Notes: a model not told the origin generated them from the sequence alone. Counted from the first letter of the whole stretch, positions 12,504 through 25,615 are shown. The stretch is DNA of 63,371 bases, filler included, from Chiloscyllium plagiosum (GCF_004010195.1; 5 parts of one record of this genome joined end to end with filler, not necessarily neighbours in it); one strand, 5' to 3'. Numbers and translations are program-made.

Positions 12504-13519
12504 CTACAGAAAAAAAACAAACTGTAACTTTAAACAGCAATGATAAATTTTACAAAGAGAAAGTCGGGATTACATGGTGACTCCATATCTATTTTCTAAT
12601 GAAGAGATTTAATTAAATTTAGGTGTGCAATTCTTAGAGATTCAAATGCATGTTTATACCTGTATTGTGAATCCCACCAGATTGTATATTGCTACTTGCA
12701 TTCGTGCACATGCCAAATGGAGGCACGCAGATCATGATGTCAATCAGCATGCAATGCTGTTTTGATGTCAGTATTAACATTTTGAAGCTCAAGCTAATGA
12801 TTCCCTTCATCATGCATAAGTGATTAAATAGCAAGGAAGATCCCCACCACTGCTGTCTAAATGGATCATTAACTATATATAGAACAGTTACTTCTCAATC
12901 TCAGCAGACTGTTGGTGAGATCATGAAAGTATGTGACACTTGCAAAAGTTCTTTAAAGTAATGTTAACAGTGTGATGTCACAATGCTGAAGGACTTGATC
13001 CTAAATTCTGGCTAACTTAGCTGCTGTCAGACACGGGTGCAGTGGAAGGCAGAACTTCTTGAATACCGAAGGACTGGGAGAATGACCAGAGTACAGGGAG
13101 AGCAACACCAACTGCTACTGACGGGGAAGAGGATGGTGACTTGGATTCTCAAAAGCAGGCTGTATCCATCCAAAAAAAAATTGAAGAATTTTCTGAATTT
13201 CAGTAAGTAAGTGTGCTTGAAACATCTGTATTTCAGATGGGATGTCTTCACTGAAATATGCAACTTTCTGTAGCAAAGAAATGGCAACAACTCACGGTTT
13301 GTCACACGGCTTGCAAAAGAAAAGTTAGCAATGCTCTGTATTCAAAGACGGTAGATTGCATTTCATGCTTATTTTGTCAGGGAACAACAGCTGATGAAGG
13401 GTCACCAGACTCAATACTTTAATTCTGATTTTCTCTCCGGACGCTGCCAGACCTGTTGAGTTTCTCCAGCACTCTATTTATGTAATAGAGTACGTAAATG
13501 GTTTCACTTGACTTTTAGA

Positions 13520-13990
13520 GTTCCCCAGATGATTTTATGCATCAACTGTCGGCACATCCTTTTGTGAACGCCTTGCATCAATCAAAATACACCACCACCA
13601 GTAAGGAATTCATTGCCTCAACATCCATTCAGTGTACAACCATGCACACCAAAGTATCCAGGTCAACTTTGGTAACCTGGCAGACATCCCAATGCTTTGA
13701 TTGTGCACAATCCATTGTGCTATTTGCAAATGAGTTACCATGCCAAATTCGGGGCATGGCAACTAGGTTTATCCACTTACTACTCCATGTACCTGATTAT
13801 TGTGAAAGCCATGCACTATGCAAAAGAATGGGACCAAATGGTCTACTATACAATACACAACTTCATCATAAGGATGCAGCCCTTGCCACCAGCTAACTGG
13901 CCAGCAGCTGATGAGAATGAAGACGAAAGGAGGAATCAACCTAGAAAGCCAAATTTTATCTGGGTTATCCTTGAACATCTCATCCAATTT
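13520..13990 (+). mobile_element. Decayed PIF/Harbinger transposase remnant
   Basis: Colinear degenerate motifs: INCRHI (13541-13558; cf. IDCTHI), GIHCLNIHSVYNH (from 13605; cf. KGFHSLNVQ.VC), IHNFIIR (~13853; cf. LHN), then an acidic tail; frameshifted. Confidence 0.55.
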
Positions 13991-15069
13991 GATACGAGTG
14001 TATACAACATAAGAACTGTGTTCATCAATAGTCCCAAGCCTTATCTTATGTAAATAACTCATCCAACTCTGATTCCAGTGAACACAATCCCAATCCCTCA
14101 TTATCCCAGGTCATACCTTTCCTCTAACTGCCCATTTGACTATCGGCTTAGCCACAATTCAAAAATAAAAAACCCAACATAAATATACCAAAACAAATAA
14201 TGCCACAATGTCCACAAATGCTAATTTATCACCTTTGTACATATCCTTTGCGGCAGTTCTCCTTGTACCTAATTTGGTACTCCTGTGCGGTATTAGCCTG
14301 GTGACTTAAACATGGCTAATGAAAGACTTTTAGTTGAGGAAACTGAATATGGTCTTTGTAGATATTTCAAGTAACTCTGTACCTAGATGGTCCAAGACCA
14401 GACTTGGCAATAGACACAACAGCTAGTCGACAGATAACAGCAAAGCTCTGGGCAGAGTGACAGTGGTAAGGATATGAATGCTAGAAAGGGCAACAGATCT
14501 GTCCTCCGTTGTGCTAATGTTATCCCTCTGGAATAGAGTTCTTGTTGGTGAGACTACTGGGATAGTGTGACATCTCTGATGCTCCTCTGAACATTGGTAC
14601 TTGTGACGGTAGTCTGTGCTTATATGGCACAATGGAGTTTTAGCACGCAATATAGAAAGCTGACTTTGCATGACTGAAATCTTAACTTTAGCTATCACTG
14701 AAACACTGATATATCAAGTGGTTTCAGTTACAATATAGTTTTTGAGATACTAAAGTGGGAAAGTACAATGGTTAAAAAATGGAACGGTCAGGAGGGGACT
14801 GCTGTGGGTGGAAGCAAGAGGTGCATGAAAACTTCTCTGGTTTCAGCCCTGTGCCCAGCCACTGCCTTAACCAGAGTCACTCAAATGAAACTAAGAACAT
14901 ACAGCTCTGCCTGTTGATTGCAGGTTGAGCAATTCTATTTCTCATTGCAAGACAGGAAAGTGGTTTATTAACTGTGTTGAAACTTGACAGCTAATGCAGC
15001 TGGTTTGGTTGAACAGTTGTCAGTGTGCCCAGGTTGTAAATTACACGTGATAGAATGGGTGTGGTTTTT

Positions 15070-17270
15070 TTTTCTTATTTATTTTGGGATGTGGGCATCG
15101 CTAGCTGGCCAGCTTCTCTTGCCCGTTCCTTGTTGCCCGAGAGAAGGTGGTGGTGACGTGCCTTCTTGAACTGCTGCAGTCCACCTGCTGTGGGTTGACC
15201 CACAATGCAATTAGACAGGGCAGTCCATGATGTTAACTCAGTGACAGTGAAAGAATGCCAAGATATTTCCAAGTTACATGGTGAGTAGCTTGGAGGGGAA
15301 CTTGAAGGTGGTAGCGTTCTCATGTATCTGCGGCCCTTGTCCTTCTAGATGAAAGGTGGTCACAGGTTTGGCAGGTACTGTCTGAGGATCAAAGGTGATG
15401 TTCTGCTATGCATTTTGCAGATAGTAAACACTGTTGCTGAGCACTGGTGATGGAGGGAATAGATGCTTGTAGATGCACTGCCAATCAAGCAAGCTGCTTT
15501 GTCCTGGATGGTATCAAGCTTCTTGAGTGTTTTTGGAGCTGTACTCATCCAAGCAAGTGAGGAGTATTCCAGCACACTCCTGACCTGTGCCTTGCAGATG
15601 ATGGACAGGCATTGGGGAGTCAGAACGGGAATTACATGCTGCAGTGTTCCAAGCCTCTGACCTGCTCTTGTAGTGAATCCAGTTGAGTTTGGTAAGCCCA
15701 AAGGTGTTGATAGTGGGGGAGTTCAGTAACTGTAATACCATTGAATCAAGGGCTGAAGGTTAGAGGATCTTTTATTGGTGATAGTCATAGCCTGGCATTT
15801 GTGGCGCAAATGTTAATTGTCACTTGATATTATCCAGATCTTGTGGCATTTGAACATGGCTGCTTAAGTATCTGAAGAGTTATGAATGGTACTGAACATT
15901 GTGCAATCATCTGGGAATATCCCTACTTCTGACCATATGATGGAGGGAATGTCATTGATGAAGCAGTTGTAGATAGTTGGGCCAAGGACACTTCTCTGAG
16001 GAACTCCTGCACAGGCGCCCTGGAGCGGAGATAACTGACCTCCAAGAACTACAAGCATCTTATGTGTCAGGTATGACTCCAACCAGCAGAGATTTTGTCC
16101 CCAATACCTACTGAGTCCAGTTTTGCTCGGAGTCCCTGATGCCCACACTTGATCAAATGCAGCTTGGTGTCACTCTCACCTCACCTCTAGAATTCAGCAA
16201 TTTTGTCCATGTTTGAACCAAGGCTATAATTAGGTCAGGAGCTGAGTGGTACTGGTGGAACCCAAATTGGGCACAATTGAACAGGTTATTGGTGAGCAGG
16301 TGTTAATTGATAACACTATTGATGACATGTTCCATAGCTTTACTCATGATCGGGTGTAGAATGCTGGGGTGGTATAAAGCATCCCTGGGAAACCTTCCAC
16401 ATTATTAGGTTGATGCCAGTGTTGTAACTATACTAGAAGGGCTTGGCTAGGAGAGAATAAGTTCCCCTTCAGCCTTATCTTTTGCATTGATGTGCTGGAC
16501 CCTTTCAAAATTGAGGATGGGGAGCACAAATCTTCAGTACTTTTGCTGGAATGTTGTCAGGGCCCATAACCCTTGCAGTATCTGTCGTCGCCAATGGTTT
16601 CTTGAAATCATATGGACTGAATTGAATTGGCTGAAGACAGGCATCTGTAACTTTTGGGAACACTGGTGAAGGCTGAGATGAATCATCTGCTCAACACTTG
16701 TGGCTGAAGATTGCGGTGAGTGCTTCAGTCTTATCTTTTACACTGATGTACTGGGCCCTTTCATCATTCAGGATGTGGATATTTGTGGAACCTCTGCCTT
16801 CAGTAAGTTGTTTAATTGTCCATATCACCATTCACAACTGGATGTGGCAGGATTGTAGAGCTTAAATCTGATCCATTGGTTGTGGGATTGCTTAGCTCTG
16901 TCCATTACTTGCTGCTTATGCTGTTTGGCGTCCAAGTATGCTCATTGGGTAGCTTCACCAGGTTGACACCATATTTCCAGGTGAGCCGTTCTGCTCCTGT
17001 CATGCCCTTCTGCACTCTTTATTGAACTGGCTTAAATGGGGTTTATGCCAGGCAATGAAGTTGCAGATTGCGCTGGAGTACAATTCTGCTGCTGCTGAAG
17101 GCTCACAGCACTTCTTTGATGCCCAGTATTGAGTTGCAAGATCTGCTTGAAGTCTATCCTATTTCACATGGTGATCATGCCAAACAACATGATAGAACTT
17201 ATTCTCAACGTGAAGTCAGGACTTCGTCGCCACGAGGACTGTGGGGTGGTCACTCTTACTGATACAGTCA
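15070..17270 (-). mobile_element. Old CR1/L2-group LINE
   Basis: ORFs with GVPQRSVLGP, FPDDCT, KAQVRSVLEYSSLAW; 3' end near 15070. Same family on + strand at 45095-46295. Confidence 0.8.
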
Positions 17271-17489
17271 GGCATCTGCAGCCAGCATTTGATTTCATTT
17301 ATTGCAGTCACATGTACGTAAGTACAGTAAAAAGTTATATTTTGTGAGCAGTATAGGCGGATCATAGCATACAAGGACATGCAGATCATATGGTGCTTAA
17401 ATAGAATCAGGCATACAAGGAGACTGGTAAGGATGAGGTCAAGTATATTGTTCCCTCACCATCTGCTGCAGACCCAGTCAAGCAGCTTT

Positions 17490-18794
17490 GTCATAGTCAT
17501 AGAGATGTACAGCATGGAAACAGACCCTTCGGTCCAACCCGTCCATGCCGAACAGACATCCCAACCCAAATCTAATTCCACCTGCCAACACCCGGCCCAG
17601 ATCCCTCCTAACCCTTCTTATTCATATACCCATCCAAATGCCTCGTAAATGTTGCAATTGTACCAGCCTCCACCACATCCTCTGGCAGCTCATCCCATAC
17701 ACGTACCACCCCCTGCGTGAAAAAGTTGCCCCTTAAGTCTCTTTTATATCTTTCCCCTCTCACCCTAAACCTATGCCCACTAGTTCTTGTCTCACTAACC
17801 CCAGGGAAAAGACTTTGTCTATTTATCCTATCCATGCCCCTCATAATTTTGTAAACCTCGATAAGGTCACCCCTCAGCCTCCGATGCTCCAGGGAAAACA
17901 GCCCCAGCCTGCTCAGCCTCTCTCTGTAGCTCAGTTCCTCCAACCCTGGCAACATCCTTGTAAATCTTTTCTGAACCCTTTCAAGTTTCACAACATCTTT
18001 CCGAAAGGAAGGAGACCAGAATTGCGCGCAATATTCCAACACTGGCCTAACCAATGTCCTGTACAGCCGCAACATGACCTCCCAACTCCTGTAATGGAAA
18101 TGTGTTACTGGAAAAGCACAGCAGGTCAGGCAGCATCCAAGGAGCAGGAGAATCGACGTTTCGGGTCTGAGCCCTTCTTCAGCAATTCCGGAAGAAGGGC
18201 TCAGGCCCAAAACGTCGATTCTCCTGCTCCTTGGATGCTGCCTGACCTGCTGCGCTTTTCCAGCTGCACATTTGCAGCTCTGATCTCCAGCATCGTCCTC
18301 ACTTTCTCCCAACTCCTGTATTCAATACTCTGACCAATAAAGGAAAGCATACCAAACACCTTCATTATCCTATCTACCTGTGACTCCACTTTCAAGGAGC
18401 AATGAACCTGCACTCTAAGGTCTCTTTGTTCAGCAACACTCCCTAGGACCTGAGCAGGACTTATACACTTAATGGTAAGATTTGCTTTCCCAAAATGCAG
18501 CACTTCACATTTATCTGAATTAAACTCCATCTGCCTCTCCTCAGCTCATTGGCCCATCCGGTCAAGATCCTGTTGTAATCTGAGGTAACCTTCTTCGCTG
18601 TCCACTACACCTCCAATTTTGGTGTCATCTGCAAAATTACTAACTGTACCTCTTATGCTTGCATCCAAATCATTTATGCAAATGACAAAAAGTAGAGGGC
18701 CCAGCACCGATCCTTGTAGCACTCCACTGGTCACAGGCCTCCAGTCTGAAAAACAATCCTCCACCACCATCCTCTGTCTTCTACCTTTGAGCCA
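17490..18794 (-). mobile_element. CR1 LINE 3' portion (ends at gap), interrupted by a Penelope hairpin
   Basis: Near-identical to other young CR1 copies (RTLVRPVLEYCAQFWSP, FADDTK). Confidence 0.93.
18094..18305. mobile_element. Penelope-derived hairpin nested in CR1
   Basis: TSD ctcccaactcctgta (18079-18093, 18306-18320); inverted arms; hammerhead motif on minus strand ~18182-18155. Confidence 0.85.
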
Positions 18795-18894
18795 NNNNNN
18801 NNNNNNNNNNNNNNNNNNNNNNNNNNNNNNNNNNNNNNTTAATTAATTAANNNNNNNNNNNNNNNNNNNNNNNNNNNNNNNNNNNNNNNNNNNN
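18795..18894. other. Assembly gap: 100-bp N spacer with artificial TTAATTAATTAA (also 47945-48044, 54015-54114, 60577-60676); 500-N gaps at 29135-29634 and 55145-55644
   Basis: Identical 44N+TTAATTAATTAA+44N pattern four times; the 12-mer gives stop codons in all six frames. Confidence 0.97.
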
Positions 18895-19950
18895 TGCAGT
18901 CGTCTACCATGGGGAACCTTATCAAACGCCTTACTAAAGTCCATATATACCACATCTACCGCTTTCCCCTCATCAACCTCCTTTGTCACCTTTTCAAAGA
19001 ATTCAATAAGGTTTGTGAGGCACGACTTGCCCTTCACAAAACCATGCTGACTATCCTTGATCACATTATTCCTATCCAGATGTTCATAAATCCTATCCCT
19101 TACAATTCTCTCTAAGACTTTGCCCACAACAGAAGTGAGACTCACCGGCCTATAGTTACTAGGGTTATCCCTACTCCCCTTTTTGAACAAGGGAACCACA
19201 TTTGCTATCCTCCTGTCTTCTGGGACTACTCCTGTAGACAAAGAGGACATAAAAATTAAGGCCAATGGCTCTGCAATCTCCTCCCTTGCTTCCCAGAGAA
19301 TCCTAGGATAAATGCCATCAGGCCCAGGGGACTTATCTATTTTCACCTTTTCCAGGATTTCCAATACCTCTTCTCTACATACCTCAAAGCCATCCATTCT
19401 ACTGGTTTGTGACTCAGTATTCACATCGACGACAATGCCCTGTTCCTGGGTAAATACTGAAGAAAAGTATTCATTCAGTGTCTCCCCAATCTCTTCCGCC
19501 TCCACACGCAACTTCCCCCTACTATCCTTGACTGGACCTATTCCTACCCTAGTCATTCTTTTATTCCTAACATACCTATAGAAAGCCTTAGGGTTTTCCC
19601 TAATCCTATCTACTAAGGACCTTTCGTGTCCCCTCCTTGCTGCTTTTAGCTCTCTCTTCAGGTCCTTCCTGGCTACCCTATAACTCTCAATCGCGCCAAT
19701 TGAACCTTCACGTCTCATCTTGAGGTAGGCCGCCCTCTTCCATTTAACAAGGGATTCCAATTCCTTATTAAACCACGGTTCCCTCGCACGACCCTTTCCT
19801 CCCTGCCTGGCAGGTACATAATTATCAAGGACACTCAATAGTTGCTCCTTGAACAAGCTCCACATATCATTTACACTCTTGCCTTGGAGTCTACTTTTCC
19901 AAGCCACACATCCTAAGTCATGCCTCACCGCATCATAATTTCCCTGACCC
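18895..19950 (-). mobile_element. Young CR1 ORF2 segment (linker and RT N-terminus)
   Basis: About 350 stop-free codons: KSPGPDGIYPR, NYRPVSLTS, QHGF, DFSKAFDKV. Confidence 0.92.
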
Positions 19951-20194
19951 CAATACTCACATCCTGAGTATTGTTCCAGCCATTTTCTAGAAGCATTTTG
20001 TATCCAGGGAAAGGAAAGTAATTGCTGGCAGCACAGATCACACAACACTATCAGAGCCAGGCCCAGCCTGCTTGCCAGGTACAACACCCCACATCACCCA
20101 ACCTGAAGTGTGCAGCTACCTTGCCCTACTTCAACAATTCACTTTGATCCATCTTCCTGATGTGGATACCCACCATATTAAACTTTGTGTACAA

Positions 20195-20500
20195 ATTAGA
20201 TTAGATTACATTACAGTGTGGAAACAGGCCCTTCGGCCCAACAAGTCCACACCGACCCGCCGAAGCGCAACCCACCCAGACCCCTACATTTACCCCTTAC
20301 CTAACACTACGGGCAATTTAGCATGGCCAATTTACCTGACTTGCACATCTTTGGACTGTGGGAGGAAACCGGAGGAAACCCACGCAGACACGGGGAGAAC
20401 GTGCAAACTCCACACAGTCAGTCGCCTGAGGCGGGAATTGAACCCGGGTCTCTGGCGCTGTGAGGCAGCAGTGCTAAGCACTGTGCCACCGTGCCGTCCC
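20195..20500 (-). mobile_element. HE1-type V-SINE
   Basis: Reverse complement of the 11520-11840 family. Confidence 0.92.
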
Positions 20501-21781
20501 AGCTCCCTGAACTCCAGTACTGCGCCTTGCTGATGCTCCTTCTGTTCTTTTACATGCTGTGTGCAGGCCAGACTAGTAGTCACAGTCAATAACCATCCTC
20601 CTATACCCAACCATGCTCTCTGATTCTGTTCAAAATTCCCTCCATCCCACTTAATATTTGACCCCTCACCCACTATCACCATCTTTATCCCCACTTCAAC
20701 ACATGACTCTGCTCTCCTGTCCTTGTCTTAACTCCCAGGCTTTCTCTCATTGATCCCGCTGTTTCAATATTCCCCATCCCCGTTATGACCATCCACTGAA
20801 ATATTGACAGATAGATTTCCTGGACTGGAATCGCTCCTGACCTGTCTTCAACAATCAGTCCTGAGACATGACTGACCAGATTCCTGACTGCAGGTATCAC
20901 AACGTCCTGCCTTCTCCTGACTGTTTGTACTCGCCCTACAGAACTGAGCATTGAATACTCCTGTACTGTACTGTGACAGATACCCTGACCTGCCTAGTGA
21001 AAATCTCTTTTTAATTACAATTATCTTGAATGTAAGCTATGAGTACAACAATTTTTCACTTGGAATCTAATGTAGCATCATCTTCAAGTTCCACACCTAC
21101 AAAATCTGATCAAACTTCCTGTTTTCTTTTATAAGGTGAAGGGATCAATATTAATTCCTACTAAACCAAAAATGGAGAAATGAATAGCTGTGGTAGCTAC
21201 AGTTTGACTCAAATTAGTTTTCTTGCTATGTTGAAATGGTTGTTTAAGCCAAAACATGGTTGGTTAAGCCATTTGTTTAAGCTTAAACAAATGGTTGTTT
21301 AAGCTGCCAGAGAGTGTGGACTATGTGGCTACATCTAAAGCAAGCAATTCCATCAAGAACCAAAGGTGCTGACATCTATAACCAGGAGGCAGATGTGGGT
21401 TGACAGAATGAATCCATAACAAAAAAAGTGAGGAAACAATATTGAGAAAAAAAATTACTTTGAGGGAATCGAAAAACTTAACTAGGCTTTCGTAAAGGCC
21501 TCTTGGATAGAGAGTTTTAATCTCTATGATGCGTGCATATTGCAATGCTTAAAGTACAGAGTCGACTCAGCCAGGAATACAATCTCAGTATGTTCAGATG
21601 GTAATTGGCTGTTCATGTTTATTGTTTTTAACTAACCAACAGAATATATTTTGCCTGAAAGGCAAGAAACAAGTCTGTCTGGAAGTTACTCAACTTCACT
21701 AGATATCAGATGTGAATTTTATATTATTTAGATGTGACGTGATCACAGTTTGTGCTGGTCTAATTCTCTTGATAGATGGCC

Positions 21782-22750
21782 ATGATGTGGAGTTGCTCAT
21801 GTTGGACTGGTGTGACCAAGACCAGAAGTACACCAGGTTATAATCCAACAGGTTTATTTGAAATCACAAACTTTCACAGTGCCGTACTTGGTCAGGTGAA
21901 ATGAAAAGAAGCACAAAGGCACAGAATTTATAGGGAGAGAGATCAAAAGATCGTACAAATGGTGTGAGTGAAGTGTCGGCAAACTGCATAACAAGTCTCT
22001 GCAGGCGATCAGAAGTGTCAGATGGTATGAGCAAACTGTCAACAACTGAACAGCAATGAAGGGATGACCTCCGATATGATTAATTAAGGCAGAGAAATAA
22101 TTACAAACATTTAAAAATAAGATGGAGGTGGAGTCAAATCAAAAGCATTGAAAAACATGATAGGTATACGTCACATGCTGAGGGTCGAACAAAGTAACAA
22201 GTAATCCAAAACTATACAAACTAATTAGAGAGGTCACAATAAGTTATCAAGTGATGCTGTCGAAAGAGACTTAGATTAGACTAGATTACTTACAGATTAC
22301 TTACAGTGTGGAAACAGGCCCTTCGGCCCAACAAGTCCACACCGCCCCGCCGAAGCGCAACCCACCCATACTCCTACATTTACCCCTTACCTAACACTAC
22401 GGGCAATTTAGCATGGCCAATTCACCTGACCTACACATTTTTGGACTGTGGGAGGAAACCGGAGCACCCGGAGGAAACCCACGCAGACACAGGGAGAACG
22501 TGCAAACTCCACACAGTCAGTCGCCTGAGGCGGGAATTGAACCCGAGTCTCTGGCGCTGTGAGGCAGCAGTGCTAACCACTGTGCCACCCATATGCAAAC
22601 CATTTGTGTGATCTTTCAACCTCTCTGCCTGTAAATTCTATGACTGTGTGAATCTCTTCACTTCACCTGATGAAGGAGCAGCGCTCCAAAAGCTTGCGAT
22701 TTCAATAAACCTGTTGGACTATAACCTGGTGTTCTGTGATCTCTGACCTT
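21782..22750. mobile_element. Penelope-derived inverted-terminus element with nested HE1 SINE
   Basis: Arms caccaggttataatccaacaggtttatttgaaatc and gatttcaataaacctgttggactataacctggtg; TSD-like cttgatag(a/g)tgg; degenerate hammerhead ~22667-22695. Confidence 0.7.
22271..22589 (-). mobile_element. HE1-type V-SINE
   Basis: Same family as 11520-11840. Confidence 0.92.
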
Positions 22751-23274
22751 GATAGGTGGAAATTACACTCAAAACTGTGGTTACCGACGCAAGTCTCAAG
22801 CTACTTAAATGTTATTTCAAAATTAAGTGCATTTCTATTGATCATTCTGAGAAAATAACATATGTCATATTCTCCACTACCTACATCTGTTTCAGTTACA
22901 TGGCAATATCCTACAAAAGAACATTTGCATAGGGATTATGTGATATGATTCGCTAATTCAGTTCCAGATACAGTTCTCATGGTGATCTTTATGAACCATG
23001 CTGACAATATTTCACAACAAAGCCATCTGCTTATCAATGAATATTAAACTTTTAAAATCAACAGTTGACTGGTCAAGCTATGAAGTAAACAACAAGCACC
23101 TTGTTTCAACAGAAAGAGAGAAGGCTGAATAAAGAAGCATAGTTTGCAAAACTAAAGCAAACACTTCAAACTTTACTCTTAAATAACAGTTTAGTCAGTT
23201 TAGTTTGGGCCCTTAAATATCACATAAATTCTCCCAATATTTGCAAGTAGCTATGATGGGAGATACTCGAGGAC

Positions 23275-23730
23275 TTGCAGCACAATGGTAATGCCCTCCC
23301 TCTGAACCAGGAGGCTGAGGTTCAAGTACCGAGGAGAAAGTGAGAAGTGAAGATGCTAGAGATCAGAGTCAAAAGTGGGGTGCTGATGAAGAGCTTATGC
23401 ATGAAACGTCGACTCTCCTGTTCCTTTCATGCTGCCTGACCAGCTGTGCTTTTCCAGCACCCCACTTTTGACTCTGATCTCTAGCATCTTCACTTCTCAC
23501 TTTCTCCTCGGTACTTGAACCCCACGTTTTGACACTGAGGTTGAAGTCCCACCAGGTTCAAGGGTGAGTAATAATATTTCTGAACAGTTTGATTAGAAAC
23601 TATCAACAAATTAGATCTCCTCTTGCAATGCAGTGGTAGTTTCTACTTCTGAGCCAGGAGACCTTGGTTTAAGACTCACCTCTTCCAGAGGTGTATAATA
23701 GTATCTCTGAACAGATTGATTGAGAACCAG
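23275..23730 (+). mobile_element. Two tandem short tRNA-derived SINE remnants, the first interrupted by a Penelope hairpin
   Basis: Both have tggta...tctga(a/g)ccaggag...ggtt(c/t)aag heads and end in tctgaacag(t/a)ttgatt. Confidence 0.55.
23319..23521. repeat. Perfect 67-bp inverted repeat around a Penelope hammerhead motif
   Basis: 23319-23385 is the exact reverse complement of 23455-23521. Confidence 0.95.
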
Positions 23731-23997
23731 CTTAATGGGAGATAGCTGAATCTGCCAAGAAAAGGAACAAATGATCGAAAATGCCATCTTCCTTGGTGTT
23801 TTTTGTCAGTACTGTGAAAGTATGAACCACATAATGGTCCTTTGACAAAACTATCTTTGCCCTTTTTGTAGCAGATATTGACTTAAAAAAAAGCTATGTT
23901 CAATTGAAAAATGCTGTGGAACCCACTGGTTTCGTCAGTATCATTGAATAAAAATGCTGTTTAGCAATGTACTCGTCTTAACAGGATGGTTGTTCGA

Positions 23998-25495
23998 AAA
24001 CATAGAAAATAAGTGCAAGTATAGGCTATTCGATCCTTCAAGCCTGTTCCACCATTTAATAGGTCATGGCTGACCATCCAACTCCTGTTCCCACTTTTGT
24101 TCCATACCCTTTGATCCCCTTACCTGATAAACTATATATAACTCCTTCATGAAAACATTAATTGTTTTCGTTTCAACCACATTCTCTGGCAGAGACTTAC
24201 ACAGAGTCACAGAGATATACTGCATGGAAACAGACCCTTCGGTCCAACTCGTCCATGCTGACCAGGAATCCCAAACCCAATCTAGTCCCACCTGCCAGCA
24301 CCCGGCCCAAATCCCTCCAAATACTTCCTATTCATATACCCATCCAGATTCATTTTAAATGTTATAATTGTACTAGCTTCCACGACTTCCTCTGGCAGCT
24401 CATTGTATACCGGTACAACCCTCTGCGTGAAAACATTTACCCTTAAGTCTCTTTTATTTCTTTCCGTCTCACCCTAAACCTATGCCCTCTACTTCTGGAC
24501 TCCCCCAACCCAGGGAACAGACTTTGTCTATTTATCCTATCCATGCCCCTCACAAATTTAGAAACCTCCATGAGGTCACCCCTCAGTCTCCTACGCTCCA
24601 GGGAAAACAGGCCCAACCTATTCAACCTCTCCTCATAACTCAAATCCTCCAACCCTGGCAACATCCTTGTAAGTCTTTTCTGAACCTTTTCAAGTTTCAC
24701 AACATCTTTCCAATAGGAAGGAGACCAAGAAGGAGACCAGAACCGCACGCAATATTCCAAAACTGGCCTAACTAATGTCCTGTACAGCTGCAACATGAGC
24801 TCCCAATGCCTATACTCAATACTCTGACCAATAAAGGAAAGCATACCAAATGCCTTCTTCACTATCCTAACTACCTGTGACTCCACTTTCAAAGAGTTAT
24901 GAACCTGCACTCCAAGGTCTCTTTGTTCAGCAACACTCCCTCGGACCTTACCATTAAATGTATAACTCCTGCTAAGATTTGCTTTCCCAAAATGCAGCTC
25001 CTCACATTTATTTAAATTAAACTCCATCAGCCATTTCTCAGCCTTTTGGCCCATCTGATCAAGATCCCGTTGTAATCTGAGGTAACCTTCTTCGTTGTCC
25101 ACTACACCTCCAATTTTGGTGTCATCTACAAACTTACTAACTATATCTCTCATGCTCACATCCAAACCATTTATATAAATAATGAAAAGAGTGGACCCAG
25201 CACCGATCCTTGTGGCATGCCACTGGTCACAGGCCTCCAATCTGAAAAACAACCCTCTACCACCACCCTCTATCTTCTACCTTTGAGCCAGTTCTGCATC
25301 CAAATGGCTAGTTCTCCATGTATTCCATGAGATTTAACCTTGCTAACCAATCTCTCATGGTGAACCTTGTCGAATGCCTTACTGAAGTCCATATAGATCA
25401 TGTCCACCACTCAGCTCTCATCAATCCTCTTTGATACTTCTTCAAAAAACTCAATCAAGTTTGTGAGACATGATTTCCCACACACAAAGCCAATG
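23998..25495 (-). mobile_element. CR1 LINE (24200-25495) next to an older CR1 3' end
   Basis: ORF 24443-25252 with FVDDTK...RPVLEYCVRFWSP; two successive 3' tails. Confidence 0.9.
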
Positions 25496-25543
25496 ACATC
25501 AATGTTGCATTTAATTATTGTAAAATGTGTCTAAATACTGTAC

Positions 25544-25615
25544 TTGACTGGGAGGGGCAGAGTGTTCAATGGACAATGTTCTAGGAACCTCCCCCATAAT
25601 GCATGGTAAAGAGCT
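25544..25615 (-). CDS. Candidate 72-nt phase 0-0 exon (SSLPCIMGEVPRTLSIEHSAPPSQ), possibly COBL
   Basis: Acceptor tctttattcAG, weak donor GTacag, stop-free and frame-preserving, in apparently non-repeat sequence downstream of the COBL exon; no firm homology recognised. Confidence 0.25.

Noticed and set aside
18839..18850. TTAATTAATTAA palindrome recurring four times
   Set aside because: Artificial scaffold spacer centred in N runs.
22881..22910. 30-nt AG..GT-bounded minus-strand microexon (also an 85-nt candidate near 43881-43965)
   Set aside because: No recognisable homology to COBL or GRB10; phases do not fit neighbouring exons; expected by chance.
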